Assembly (NCBI GenBank): GCA_008369845.1
Contig: MRSU01000358.1
Span: forward strand, 62,001-101,541
Origin: Trichomonas gallinae
Taxonomy: Eukaryota
Direction: 5' to 3'
Length of the DNA: 39,541 nucleotides
Part shown: positions 11,147 to 22,157 of the stretch, piece by piece
How the letters are laid out: every line of letters starts with the position of its first letter
Numbering within the stretch: the stretch's first letter is position 1
Notes under the pieces: model-generated
Told to the model about the DNA's origin: nothing
Database searches by the model: none
Seen by the model: only the letters and a program-made list of their open reading frames with translations
Position numbers and translations under genes: made by a program

Positions 11147-12163
11147 CTAAACTAAAGCTATAACATAAACCCACATGTAGTTGAAGTGTGAGTTGACAAT
11201 TCGACATGTATGACATATTTCTTGAAGGCCAAAAACACATGCATCATATGTGACACGATATGTCCCAAACATGTCGGATGGATATGATTCACAGACGCGG
11301 ACATACTTCAGATTACAGCCTGAAAAAATGTTGATTCCGCTGAATGAGTTGGATCCGAAATACGCAACAATGAACAACCTCGTCATATTCACAAATGAGT
11401 TGCGTTCTATTATCAAAACAGATTGCGGAATCACTAATCTTCTCAGTTGTTTTGATTCAATGATTGCGTTCGAACTTATTTTTGACAAGTTACTCGGAAG
11501 TTTGAGCTCAATCAGAGAATCGCATGCAGAAACGAAATTGTCTGGTAGTATACTAATCTGTGTCATTGACAGATCTATGTGTGTTGTAATAAACATGCCA
11601 TGAAAGATAAACTTTTCAAGCAATGATAAATTTTTCCAACCGATAAATTTATTAATTCTTACTGCACTAACACTGTCAGTGCCTAGTTTTGTGATTTGAT
11701 CTCGATTCGGAAAATCACTCATCTCAAATATAGCTGGGGCTCTGATTAGTGTTGTCATGTTTTTATCAAAAAGGAAGTTATTTAAAGCACAATAATTTGG
11801 ATTATTATCATCAACAGTAATTATTGTTAAAAATCGACTCCATGCAAATGTAGTTCTAGTTATCAGTGTAACATTTGATGGAATATGTATTGATGCCAGC
11901 TTTGTATCTCCAAATACATATGAATCAATGGAATTTAATGTTTCTGGAAATTTAATTTTAGTTATCTTAGACCAGAGAAATGCACCATATTTAATTGTTT
12001 TGATATTTGTTGCACTGAGATCAACACTAGTACATGAGCAACTTTCGCATGCATATCGATCAATTTTCAGATAATTCTTGTTTGTAACGACAATTTCACC
12101 AGGCCATGATGTGTCAAACTGAATTATAGTAGTTTCATTAGATTTTACAACATGATCACTCAA
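11147..12163 (-). CDS. BspA-like leucine-rich repeat (TpLRR) surface protein; start codon uncertain
   Basis: Repeats such as ITKIKFPETLNSIDSYVF, LASIHIPSNVTLI, LIELKLPSNLSKISSNAI, plus VDDNNPNY and a hydrophobic C-terminus. No in-frame ATG near the 5' end; the nearest ATG (12203) is out of frame. Confidence 0.8.
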   Translation of the reverse strand: MSDHVVKSNETTIIQFDTSWPGEIVVTNKNYLKIDRYACESCSCTSVDLSATNIKTIKYGAFLWSKITKIKFPETLNSIDSYVFGDTKLASIHIPSNVTLITRTTFAWSRFLTIITVDDNNPNYCALNNFLFDKNMTTLIRAPAIFEMSDFPNRDQITKLGTDSVSAVRINKFIGWKNLSLLEKFIFHGMFITTHIDLSMTQISILPDNFVSACDSLIELKLPSNLSKISSNAIIESKQLRRLVIPQSVLIIERNSFVNMTRLFIVAYFGSNSFSGINIFSGCNLKYVRVCESYPSDMFGTYRVTYDACVFGLQEICHTCRIVNSHFNYMWVYVIALV

Positions 12164-12370
12164 GAACTAAAATTTAGCAATCAATTGAGAAGGAGTAAAA
12201 CATAATAAACTTTTTAAAAAGCGATGAAAAACATTCTATATATCAAATAGAATCAATAACAAATCTTACAAAAAAAAAAATTATTAAACGTATGATTACA
12301 TGGCAAATTCACACAAATCTTGACATGTAAATTACCGATGACAAATCCATACATTTTTTGACATGTAAAT

Positions 12371-15300
12371 TCACTTCTTCTTGATTAAAGCATTTCGTTT
12401 TCGATTGATAGAAGCAACTCTGTCTCTCAAAAGTTTGAATGCTTCAGACAGTTTTCGCAATGTCAAAACTCCTGGCGCTAAAATTAATGTTGGCAGCGTT
12501 TGTATTCCTTGTCCTGACAAAATTAGTGACGCGAGTCCATTGTGTATGGCTTCATCAGCATCATTCTTCCCATCAACAACATCAAGTGTTGCCTGAAGAA
12601 CGCCTTGTGCAATGTTAGCAGCACCTGCTCCAGCATTTAATGCTTCGAATGCCAAAACCTTGAATAATGCCATGCAGCCTAATGCTACAGCACCTGCACG
12701 ACCATACTGATTTCCTTTGAAGTCGAATATCATGGACAGTGCAGATGAAATGTTCCTTATGGATCTGACAACAGGCAAACCTGACGCGACAGCAGCCGCT
12801 CCAGGCCTTGCGAGTTCTCTGATGTAAAAGTCGGCCAGTGATGAAGCCAGATGATCACCACGGCACGCGAGAACTTTGCAGGCTGGAACATGCATATTTA
12901 CATCATCCAGATGGACATTCACGTAAAAAGTGAAGTGCGCATAAGCCAACAAATCAAATGCTCCAATCTCGAATAGCTGGAAAGCAAGAGGCTCATCGAT
13001 GATTGTTTCGCACGGGAAAGTAGGCCTCGTGCAATTGAACGATCTGACGAAGAACTCAATCAAATCATGAGTAATAAATGTCACCATTTTTGGCGGCGGT
13101 TTTAACGAAAACGTAACTTCCATTCTAGGTCCTTCGCTTTTAAGTATATTAAAATTCAAAACTAATTTGTCCTCATTTGGAGATGTTGGATCCTTTCCTA
13201 TAACCATCGCTGAATCGCTATTGGGGATATTATCGACAATATTAAATGTAGGAAAGGCGGCATTCATTGTTAATGCATATAATGGATCTTTTGAATATGT
13301 TTTCATTGTCAAGTTTCCTTGCAGATTCAATTGCACAGAGCTAGACTCATCCCTCATACATAATAAATCGAAATCATCTTCTGTTTTAGTGTCAATTAGT
13401 TCTGGCATCTCTTTGAGCGGACATAAGTCGTAAACTCCGTCTAAATCTCTACCGCCGAAAATCGAAAACTCAACTAATGCATTTTCGACATCAATAATAA
13501 CGTCTGGCTCAGATGTCACTTCTCCGTAAGTGATGTCAGCATCTGGAAGGTCAGAATATTCGTCACCTTCTTCGACGACGACTTTCGAGCACATTTTGTC
13601 GATGCTTTCAAAGATGCAAGATTTTTGCTTCATTTCGTTAATGTCGAAATTGCCAGGAATAGGCATCTGATTTAAGTTCATTGACTGCATGACAGAAACA
13701 GACACAGCATTCTGCAGCTCCAGGAGTTTATCCGGTGGATTGAAGTGGCGAGTTTGAGTTTGTTGTTCTATAGGAAGATCTAAACCGTATTGGACATGTG
13801 AGATAAAAGCAAGTAAGAGACTGAGAGAGTCTGCACAAATTCCACCATTTAACTTGAATTCGTTGACTTTAATGAAAGTTTTTCCGTGAATTTTTTCAAA
13901 ATTAATTCTAAAACTGGTATCTAAGATATGAGCTATTGATGACTCGATATGCTTGATTGGTATAACAAGATTCTTGCGACAAATAGAGACTCTACTGTTT
14001 GTAAAGTAAATTGATAATTTTGCGTGAGCGATAATATTGAAAGAATCGTTTTCAGAACTCATCAGGAAAGTAAGAGGAGGCATAGCAACGAATAGACGAC
14101 ATGGAATGTTGATGCAAGCATATTCGCAAATCAAAGATTGCGTTCTTACGTCTATTTGCAGTTTTTGTCTTGACTCCTGGGTTGTTTCAGCTGGTTTGTC
14201 ACTCTTTGGTAGCATTAATTCATTCAAATCTCTCATAAATGATAAATCTCCTGGAATTCTAGCTAAAATATCTCCAATTAATGCACCAACAAATATAAAT
14301 GGATCCTTTCCTATGCTTTCGTTCATTGCAAATGCAACTTGTAAAAACTTCGATGCTTCAAGTACATTATATTTATCTGAAACAGCAAATACGAATTTAT
14401 CAACTGTTGCAAGGACTCTTGTATTCTTCCACATTCCAGCTGATGCTAACATGAACTTGACTCCAATATTTTCGATTCCTAAACAAGTATTTTGAAATTT
14501 GAAATCAATTCTTGGAATTTTTGATAAAACTAACATTGAAGAGTTGTTTTGAACAGGTGGATGATTTGAAAATGTCTTCGGAAGAGAATTTACGAAAGAA
14601 TTTATCCATTCAATAATTTGATTAACAGAGAACAACAAACCTTTTGTGATTTCTACGGAAACATTGCCAATATTTGCTATTATTGATGTATAGCGGCCTT
14701 TCTTTCGTTCTGCATTATAATTTAATGCTTCATGTAAAGAAATCGGGAAATCTGCGAAAGTAGCCAATTTTTTTAGATTTGTCGGCATTAACAGTTGCAA
14801 ATTCGTTTGATTTAGCTGTAAAATTGTTAATTCTCCATATTTAGCTTCGATTGAGTCAAATGTAACTGACATACCATCTACCATTGAAATATTTAAGTTA
14901 TTAAGCGTAATTTGAATTCCATTCATAGAAAATGAAATTTGTTTAATAATTAAACTCGTTTTTGTTATTTCAAACTTGGAATTTGCTTGACTTTGTTCAT
15001 TTTTAGGGCTATTTTTATGAGCCTGCATTCGCTGCGGCAAATAAGAAATAAATGTTGATATTAAATCAAGTGTTTCTTTGTCAAGATGCATGTTAATGGA
15101 ATCTATTGAGCATGTTAAAGCTTTTTCGTGATATTTTATTGATGTATTTTGAATATTCGCGATATTAATTTGATTTCTTCTTTCTCCAACAATAAAGTTA
15201 AGAGATTTAAGGTCTATGACTCCATTAGGCTGCCCAGTAATTTCAGCAGATAAATTTTCAAATCCGAGCGAACAAGGTAAATCTGAACGAATTCTTACAA

Positions 15301-15781
15301 TAGTAGTGAAATATTCAATAGAAGCCTTCACTTCCTGAACTGTATTCATCAGATAATCGCCAAATGAATTGCTTTTTCGCGCTTCGTGCGGTAATTGTTG
15401 TTTTAATTCGATTAAGGATTGTTGGAGGCTCAGGTCAGGCGTTTCAACCTTTTCGGGCATTTTAGCATCAATATCTATTACTATTCGTTCAACTTCCAAG
15501 AGAAATTTCGATAGATTATATTTTGCATTAAAATTAATCTTGGATATGTATATAGAGTTGAAGTGTAAAAATGGAGTGTAAGGGTTAACTAAATTGACAC
15601 ATATAAATGTTTTGCGAAGAATCAGTTTCAGAGTCCAATCTTGAAATAATTGAAGTGAGATCGTCTCATCTTGAATAGGTTCCTCCAAAAAACGTATGAT
15701 GATACTACGCAGAATAGACTCAGCTGCTGAATTCGACACATTTGTGACTTTACTGGCCATCCATTTCAGCACTGAAGTCAT
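12371..15781 (-). CDS. ATG2-like lipid-transfer (autophagy) protein
   Basis: Chorein-N-like start, long beta-rich body, CAD motif (GGICADSLSLL), FSIFGGRD, and Gly/Ala-rich amphipathic C-terminal helices (GLPVVRSIRNISSAL; EALNAGA). Confidence 0.7.
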   Translation of the reverse strand: MTSVLKWMASKVTNVSNSAAESILRSIIIRFLEEPIQDETISLQLFQDWTLKLILRKTFICVNLVNPYTPFLHFNSIYISKINFNAKYNLSKFLLEVERIVIDIDAKMPEKVETPDLSLQQSLIELKQQLPHEARKSNSFGDYLMNTVQEVKASIEYFTTIVRIRSDLPCSLGFENLSAEITGQPNGVIDLKSLNFIVGERRNQINIANIQNTSIKYHEKALTCSIDSINMHLDKETLDLISTFISYLPQRMQAHKNSPKNEQSQANSKFEITKTSLIIKQISFSMNGIQITLNNLNISMVDGMSVTFDSIEAKYGELTILQLNQTNLQLLMPTNLKKLATFADFPISLHEALNYNAERKKGRYTSIIANIGNVSVEITKGLLFSVNQIIEWINSFVNSLPKTFSNHPPVQNNSSMLVLSKIPRIDFKFQNTCLGIENIGVKFMLASAGMWKNTRVLATVDKFVFAVSDKYNVLEASKFLQVAFAMNESIGKDPFIFVGALIGDILARIPGDLSFMRDLNELMLPKSDKPAETTQESRQKLQIDVRTQSLICEYACINIPCRLFVAMPPLTFLMSSENDSFNIIAHAKLSIYFTNSRVSICRKNLVIPIKHIESSIAHILDTSFRINFEKIHGKTFIKVNEFKLNGGICADSLSLLLAFISHVQYGLDLPIEQQTQTRHFNPPDKLLELQNAVSVSVMQSMNLNQMPIPGNFDINEMKQKSCIFESIDKMCSKVVVEEGDEYSDLPDADITYGEVTSEPDVIIDVENALVEFSIFGGRDLDGVYDLCPLKEMPELIDTKTEDDFDLLCMRDESSSVQLNLQGNLTMKTYSKDPLYALTMNAAFPTFNIVDNIPNSDSAMVIGKDPTSPNEDKLVLNFNILKSEGPRMEVTFSLKPPPKMVTFITHDLIEFFVRSFNCTRPTFPCETIIDEPLAFQLFEIGAFDLLAYAHFTFYVNVHLDDVNMHVPACKVLACRGDHLASSLADFYIRELARPGAAAVASGLPVVRSIRNISSALSMIFDFKGNQYGRAGAVALGCMALFKVLAFEALNAGAGAANIAQGVLQATLDVVDGKNDADEAIHNGLASLILSGQGIQTLPTLILAPGVLTLRKLSEAFKLLRDRVASINRKRNALIKKK

Positions 15782-17067
15782 ATTTTAGTATTTATCGATA
15801 AAATTTTGTCACTTTTCAAAATTTATTAATAAGGGGGTACACCAGACGATAAAATTCCCCTCAAAGTGTTAAGTATTCTTTTTAACCAAAATCAACAACA
15901 ACTAACTAGTTGTTAAGGCCTACACATATTAGCTATTTAATAAAGACGTGTAGTAACACGTGAAAATACATTTTTGTGACTTGAAACTTTTGCATATAAA
16001 TACTCTATATACATTTATTATATATGCAAAATATTTCCTGATTTTGTCTTTTGTCGAATCGATTCTCTATGTTGGTGTGGAAAAGAATCGACTTCTCTGT
16101 TGTGTTAATTATGATAAAAAATAATTAATTTGACTTTCTGCCACATAAAAATATTCGTGTCAAAATTTTGTCACCTTTGCCCAAGCTGTCACTTTTATTC
16201 GGGAAAAGTGCCATGCCAGGGCAACTAAAATTGTTTGGTCTGTATAATGTATAATGTAAAGCACCAAAATGATAAATGTCGAAAGCCGATTCACAACAGA
16301 CCTTAGATTATAAAGACTATATACGAAAAATTACCGTTGTCTCCAACTTTGAGTGATAGAATTCTTCACATGAAATTTACAATATTTTGTCAAAAATTTC
16401 GGTTTACGTGACAGAGGATCGGTTACAGTTTTATGCATTCAAAAGTGGACAATTTGAAAGGATGGGGTTCAATAAAAATCGTAAAAGTTGGATAATCCAT
16501 ATCGATCCTTTCTGTATCGATAGTAAAAAATGATTGTAAAATTTTGATAAAAAAAGTCGAAATTTCAAAAATAATGCAACTGTAATATGAACCACTCACA
16601 TATATAATTTTGAAACTATCAAATTGATTTTATGGTTTTAGAAAATGAATATATTATTACAAAATTATATACATTACGAATTCATCATTAAGGAATTTTC
16701 GACCAAAATAAATTTTTTTGAATAAAAAACTATCAATTTAATTTTATTGTAAAATCTAACTGTACATATTATCATAATGATGTTAAAATGGCAAAATAAA
16801 TTTTACCGAAATTGAATATAAATATAGCTTTATTACAAATAAATTTTAATATTATGAAAAAGGCGAATTCGTTTTGTTTTGTCACCTTTTTTGAGTTTGA
16901 TCAAATAATGAAAATATTAATCAACGGAAAGAGTAGAGTAAGAATAAATTTATGTGTCAAAAAAACCGAAATTTTGATTCATTATCTGGCCATTAGATTG
17001 AGAAGAGTTTTATTTTTTTCTTTTGGATTTCCAAGAACTTTGTTCAGGACTGAAAACGTCTCCCTGT

Positions 17068-18651
17068 ATGAGCGCCTTCATACAGCTGGAGCAGGACTTA
17101 TACTGTATCAAAACATGCGACATCAAACAGATCATTCAAACCATTGGTCGCGCAGGAATTATTGGTGATACTGCAAAAACTAAGGGTCTCCTCATGCACA
17201 TACTCGAAATCTCACTCAAGAGACCACTCGCAGTACAGTTTTATGCTAAATTATGCGTTCAGCTTTTTATTCATACAAAATTTTACAACAAAGACTTCGA
17301 TTTTAAGTCTTATGCCGCCGAATACTTATTCTCAGAAATATCTAAAGAGAGAGATCTCTACAGGTTATCATTTATGGTTCAATTTTTATATTGGATCAAA
17401 GTTTTTGGCGGATTTTCGCCCTATTACATCTCAACATTGATTCAAAAGCATACTAGTTCCCCATCGTTCAACTTTATTGCTTTAATGTTCCTTTTCACAA
17501 CATTTGCGCTTGATCTCAACAAATATCAGCCATTATTGTTCATTTCCTTGAAGAATTCATTCCTCACAGCATCAAAGAACAAGATTCTTCCTCCAGTTTT
17601 ACTCCAATTCGAATCTTACTTTGATGATTTTCGCACAATTGCCCAAATCTACTCAGATTCATTCATCCAAGCCCTCGTTGAGGATGATGTCGACAAATTC
17701 ATCGTACTTTGCTCATCACCTTTCTTCGATCCCAACATGAAAGCGCCTTATTCGATCTTATTCACACCAAAGTATCCAATTGACAGCCCACATCTCATCG
17801 ATTGCGCAGCACTCTGTGGATCAGAGAAAATCTTTCGCTACCTCTTCCTCACAGCTAAGCTCCAGACTCAGAAAGATATCGATCAGCTCGGCAGATGCGC
17901 AATTGCTGGAGGATCCATTCCGATTATCCGCTTATGCATCCAGCAAGGTGCCAACGTCTACCATTTGGTCGAAGTCGCTACAGAATATCACAGATTCGAA
18001 TTACTCAACTGGATGCTTTCATTCGATCAATCAGAGCATACCATCTCAGCTTCATTCGATATGGCATCAAAGACCAACGACATTCTTTCATTTTTCATTC
18101 TTTATTCAAACACAGGAATGTTGTACGGTAAACCAATCCATTTCGCTGCTAGATATGCATCAATTGACATCCTCCAGTTCTTGAAATACGCGAAATTACC
18201 AATCAATTACAAAGATTTCGATTCGACTGGAATGACACCACTTCACCACGCAGTTCTTTCTGGTTCTCTCACATGCGTCAAGCTTGTTCTCTCTATGGGC
18301 TACGATATCAACGAAAAAGATTACACAGGATATTCAGCCTTAGATCTCGCTAACATCAACGGCCTCCAGGAGATTTCTAAGTACTTGCAGAAAGTAATCG
18401 AGAACGATGACGAAGAGAAAGAGAGCGAGGAAGTCGAAAACGAGAAGAGATCGAAGATATTACAGCCACTTGCTGTCTGGCACCTTCTTATTATGGTTTC
18501 CTCCATCTTCTTGGGCGAAAACATCTTTGCTGAGAACTCTACAACATTCGACTACATTCAGCAAATTTTCTTCGAGAAGATCTTCATTCCTCCAATGTTC
18601 GATACAAGAATCTACCATTCTCCGAATAATAATAATAATCGAAATAATTGA
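17068..18651 (+). CDS. Ankyrin-repeat protein (trichomonad expanded, DUF3447-like type)
   Basis: LIDCAALCGSEKIFRYL, AIAGGSIPII, PIHFAARY, GMTPLHHAV, GYSALDLA. First in-frame ATG is 17068; the frame is open from TTG at 17023. Confidence 0.85.
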   Translation: MSAFIQLEQDLYCIKTCDIKQIIQTIGRAGIIGDTAKTKGLLMHILEISLKRPLAVQFYAKLCVQLFIHTKFYNKDFDFKSYAAEYLFSEISKERDLYRLSFMVQFLYWIKVFGGFSPYYISTLIQKHTSSPSFNFIALMFLFTTFALDLNKYQPLLFISLKNSFLTASKNKILPPVLLQFESYFDDFRTIAQIYSDSFIQALVEDDVDKFIVLCSSPFFDPNMKAPYSILFTPKYPIDSPHLIDCAALCGSEKIFRYLFLTAKLQTQKDIDQLGRCAIAGGSIPIIRLCIQQGANVYHLVEVATEYHRFELLNWMLSFDQSEHTISASFDMASKTNDILSFFILYSNTGMLYGKPIHFAARYASIDILQFLKYAKLPINYKDFDSTGMTPLHHAVLSGSLTCVKLVLSMGYDINEKDYTGYSALDLANINGLQEISKYLQKVIENDDEEKESEEVENEKRSKILQPLAVWHLLIMVSSIFLGENIFAENSTTFDYIQQIFFEKIFIPPMFDTRIYHSPNNNNNRNN

Positions 18652-19198
18652 GGCTTCAACCTCAGTCAATAGTTTTGTGTTTGTGTTTTTTATTTGTTTT
18701 GTTTATACTTTGTATATAAACCAATATTATACTTTTACGCGAAATACCATTATTTAAATCATCTAGCTTGGTTTCTACTCTAATATTTTCGTTAATGCTT
18801 CGATTTTGGAAACATCATTAGTTGGAAAGACTGGCCATTAATAGACATTGAATTTCTATGATAGTTTAGAGAAAATAATTGAATAATGCATGAAAATTAG
18901 TCCATGCTATTACGCCCGTATATATTTTTGTCGCAAAGATTTTCGAATGATATTAGCACATATACCTTTCACTTGACGCTAGTTTCTTTTGAGAAATTAG
19001 ATCAAATAGTATACTATCATTATTACCTACTAAATTAGTTCAACTGTAGTTATCTAAATCAATAGTTGTCAAAGAATAATCTGGAGAAATGTTGCGAAAA
19101 ATTGAATTAATTGGAAGATTTCATCCTTTTCCTCAGATAAATCGAATGGAACAAAGTCGTATTTTTCGAGTTTTTGTTGTATACTAAAATTCTATTTT

Positions 19199-21544
19199 AT
19201 GTTAGGTGAAACAAATGCAGAAACAGGAGGCCTTTGGACCTCAAGGAAGCCTAGGTTTTGGCTTTCAATGAAATACCTGTTTTTGAAAGATCTCATTACC
19301 AAAACAAGAAATATATCATCGATAATCGAATTTCTTGGAGCTTGCACTTTGCCATTTCTTTTATATCCGATTTACATATTTGCAAGATCAGATGTTCCAG
19401 CAAATCCATCACCTGTCATGCTTGGTCCTGCGAATTTTAATACAACTCTCGGACCATTCTTATATAGCGTTGGAAAAGCGGAGCCAAGGATCGTAATCAT
19501 GCCAAATTGTTCGAATACAAGAGTTTTCAAGGCTTTTGTTATTGATCCAATATCTGAAAAAATGCCTTTAAAGTCAACAATAGTCAACACTATTGCAGAA
19601 TTGCGCGATTACATATACCAAACAGATAGCAATGCTTTTGGAATTAATTGGATAAATGCAAACGAGAGTGATGCAATGAAAAATCCAAAATTCACGATTT
19701 ACGAGCAAGTAACATACGGACAACCTGAAGAAGGAATAGTACAGCTCCTTGTTGACTATCTCACAGCTATGCCTTTCTTTCCAAAATTATCACATATTGA
19801 CAGAGTCCAGTTTTCGACAAAGAAGTCGCATACTGAAGTAGATATACAGATATTATATGCATTCTTTGCAATTATTCCAGCTATTCTTGCAACAATGCCG
19901 ATTATTCAAAATTTACTTGATGAAAAAGGCGAAAAGATCACGACATTCATGTTCTTGATGGGAATGACTGAATTACAATATTGGATTGTTAACTTTTTCA
20001 TGATGGTCGGATTAAGTTTATTCGCTTATTTATTCTTTGCATCTGAGATGTGCTTTTGGTTCAGCATGAATGGAACAGATATAACATTGTTTTTGACGAT
20101 GACTTTACTGTTTTTAATTGCCCATACTTTCTTTATGTTCTGTTTTATCACAATTATGCAGAAATCGGAACATGGACGTTCTCAAGCTGTTTTCTTTGCA
20201 ATATTTGGCATTTTCTTTGCTTATGTTCATCAATTCTACACATTACAACCAAATGCATCAGATAAACTCAAGAATGGACTCTCAATCATTCCATTATCCA
20301 CATATCAAATCATGATTATGAATTTCTATGACCATTGCAAGCGTGGATACAAAGGATATCAATGGTCCGATTTTTATGAAGACTCTGCTTACAAAATATC
20401 CACAGGATTCATGTGGTTTGGCATAGATATAGGTGTATACTTCATTTTATATCTGATTTTGAACACTTTTCTTCCTCGAGAATTTGGAGTCCAGCCAATG
20501 CTCTTAAGAGACATTTTCAAGCGCCAATCTTGGCACACTTTATTCCATGGCCGAGGCACTGCAAACCACAACCAAATAATTAATGCAAAAGTCGCCTTGA
20601 AAGTCAACAATTTGCACAAAAAGTATAATGGATTAAATCCTGTCGAAGCTGTTAAAGATGTTTCATTCGAAGTCAAGAAAGGAGAAGTTATTGTGATGAT
20701 TGGGCCAAATGGTGCCGGAAAATCAACAATTATCAACACTTTGTCTGCTGCAATTAAAAGCAGCGGCGGAACAATTTCGTTATTCGAAGGAGAGTCGACG
20801 ACACAATTCCAGGAAATACACAAATACTTAGGAATCTGCTTCCAAGACAATGTTTTGATTGGCCTTTTATCAGTTAAAGAACACTTTAAGCTGTTTGGAG
20901 CTTTAAGAGGCATCAAAGAAGAAGACTTAAATTGCGCGATGGATTTCTTCGGCTCAACACTTCAGTTAAGTCACCAAATGGCAACAAGAGCGAAAGACTT
21001 GAGCGGTGGACAGAAGAGGAAACTTTGCTTGGCTTTGTCTTTACTAGGAAACCCTCCTATTGTTGTCATGGACGAGCCAACTGCAGGTGTCGACGTCCAA
21101 GCTCGCCAATTGATATGGAAGACTATTTCTAGCCTGAAGGAGAGCACATGCATCATAACAAGTCACGCGCTGGAAGAAGCTGAAGCTGTTTCATCGAGAT
21201 TGTTCATTGTTGCAGGTGGAGACATGCCTTTCCAAGGCACAAGTACTGAATTACGCAAACAATTCAACTGTGGACATATTTTGAGAGTCGAACGCAATGA
21301 TGGAACTGCTGGTCCTGTGCTTGATCTCGCACAATCAATCATTCCTGCAAGCAAGCTTTCTGATGAGAGAAAAGACACAATAATTGTTCCAGTAGATAGA
21401 AAAGCTTCCGTTTTATTGGAAGAACTCGATTCGAAGAAAGAAGAGCTCGGAATCAAGTCATACAGCTTCGGTGTTGAGCAGCTTGAAGACACTCTCATCA
21501 AAATGATTCAGCACGCAGAAGCCGAAATCGATATGAATCATTAA
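19199..21544 (+). CDS. ABC transporter, ABCA-type half transporter (one TMD plus one NBD)
   Basis: About 6 TM segments with a large loop after TM1, Walker A GPNGAGKS, signature LSGGQKRKL, Walker B VVMDEPTAGVD, H-loop TSH, C-terminal QLEDTL. Confidence 0.93.
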   Translation: MLGETNAETGGLWTSRKPRFWLSMKYLFLKDLITKTRNISSIIEFLGACTLPFLLYPIYIFARSDVPANPSPVMLGPANFNTTLGPFLYSVGKAEPRIVIMPNCSNTRVFKAFVIDPISEKMPLKSTIVNTIAELRDYIYQTDSNAFGINWINANESDAMKNPKFTIYEQVTYGQPEEGIVQLLVDYLTAMPFFPKLSHIDRVQFSTKKSHTEVDIQILYAFFAIIPAILATMPIIQNLLDEKGEKITTFMFLMGMTELQYWIVNFFMMVGLSLFAYLFFASEMCFWFSMNGTDITLFLTMTLLFLIAHTFFMFCFITIMQKSEHGRSQAVFFAIFGIFFAYVHQFYTLQPNASDKLKNGLSIIPLSTYQIMIMNFYDHCKRGYKGYQWSDFYEDSAYKISTGFMWFGIDIGVYFILYLILNTFLPREFGVQPMLLRDIFKRQSWHTLFHGRGTANHNQIINAKVALKVNNLHKKYNGLNPVEAVKDVSFEVKKGEVIVMIGPNGAGKSTIINTLSAAIKSSGGTISLFEGESTTQFQEIHKYLGICFQDNVLIGLLSVKEHFKLFGALRGIKEEDLNCAMDFFGSTLQLSHQMATRAKDLSGGQKRKLCLALSLLGNPPIVVMDEPTAGVDVQARQLIWKTISSLKESTCIITSHALEEAEAVSSRLFIVAGGDMPFQGTSTELRKQFNCGHILRVERNDGTAGPVLDLAQSIIPASKLSDERKDTIIVPVDRKASVLLEELDSKKEELGIKSYSFGVEQLEDTLIKMIQHAEAEIDMNH

Positions 21545-22157
21545 CATGTTTATTTTATTTATTTGTTATTAATTTTATCTATCTATGAGTTTCATGCATA
21601 AAATATTTTCAAATTATTTGCATAAGCGCTAATTTGAATTTTATTAAACTAAATTTCAAAATATAGGATCATTAGCAGGCGTGCTAGAACTTCAACCATA
21701 TGAATGGTAAAGGGCCTTGAAAAGTAGTTGAATTTGATACACAATTTGACATGTAAAACAACAAATGTCAATTTGTCAAAATATTATCATTTTTCCTTAC
21801 GTCTTCAAAATAATACGAGCGAAGTTATATGAACATGCTTTCTAAAGAAAAGAGTGCTGCTTCATAGTAATCTATCTAACATCATGATCAAACAACATTG
21901 CTTATAAAGTCGATCTATATGAAAATCTGACATGTAAAGTTTGCGTCAAACAATCACATTTTGTAAGCATAAAAGTGACTAAATCAAAGAGTTGACAAAT
22001 AATTCTCTATGCTATATATAGAGATAGAATTATGTGACAAATAAAAATAACAAATTATTTCGTAAGGAATCCTCACTTTTGCAAAAATTCCAAAAACACC
22101 AAAATTAAGTAAACGGTCTCCTAAAAAATTGAGAAATACGATAAATATCAATTTCTA

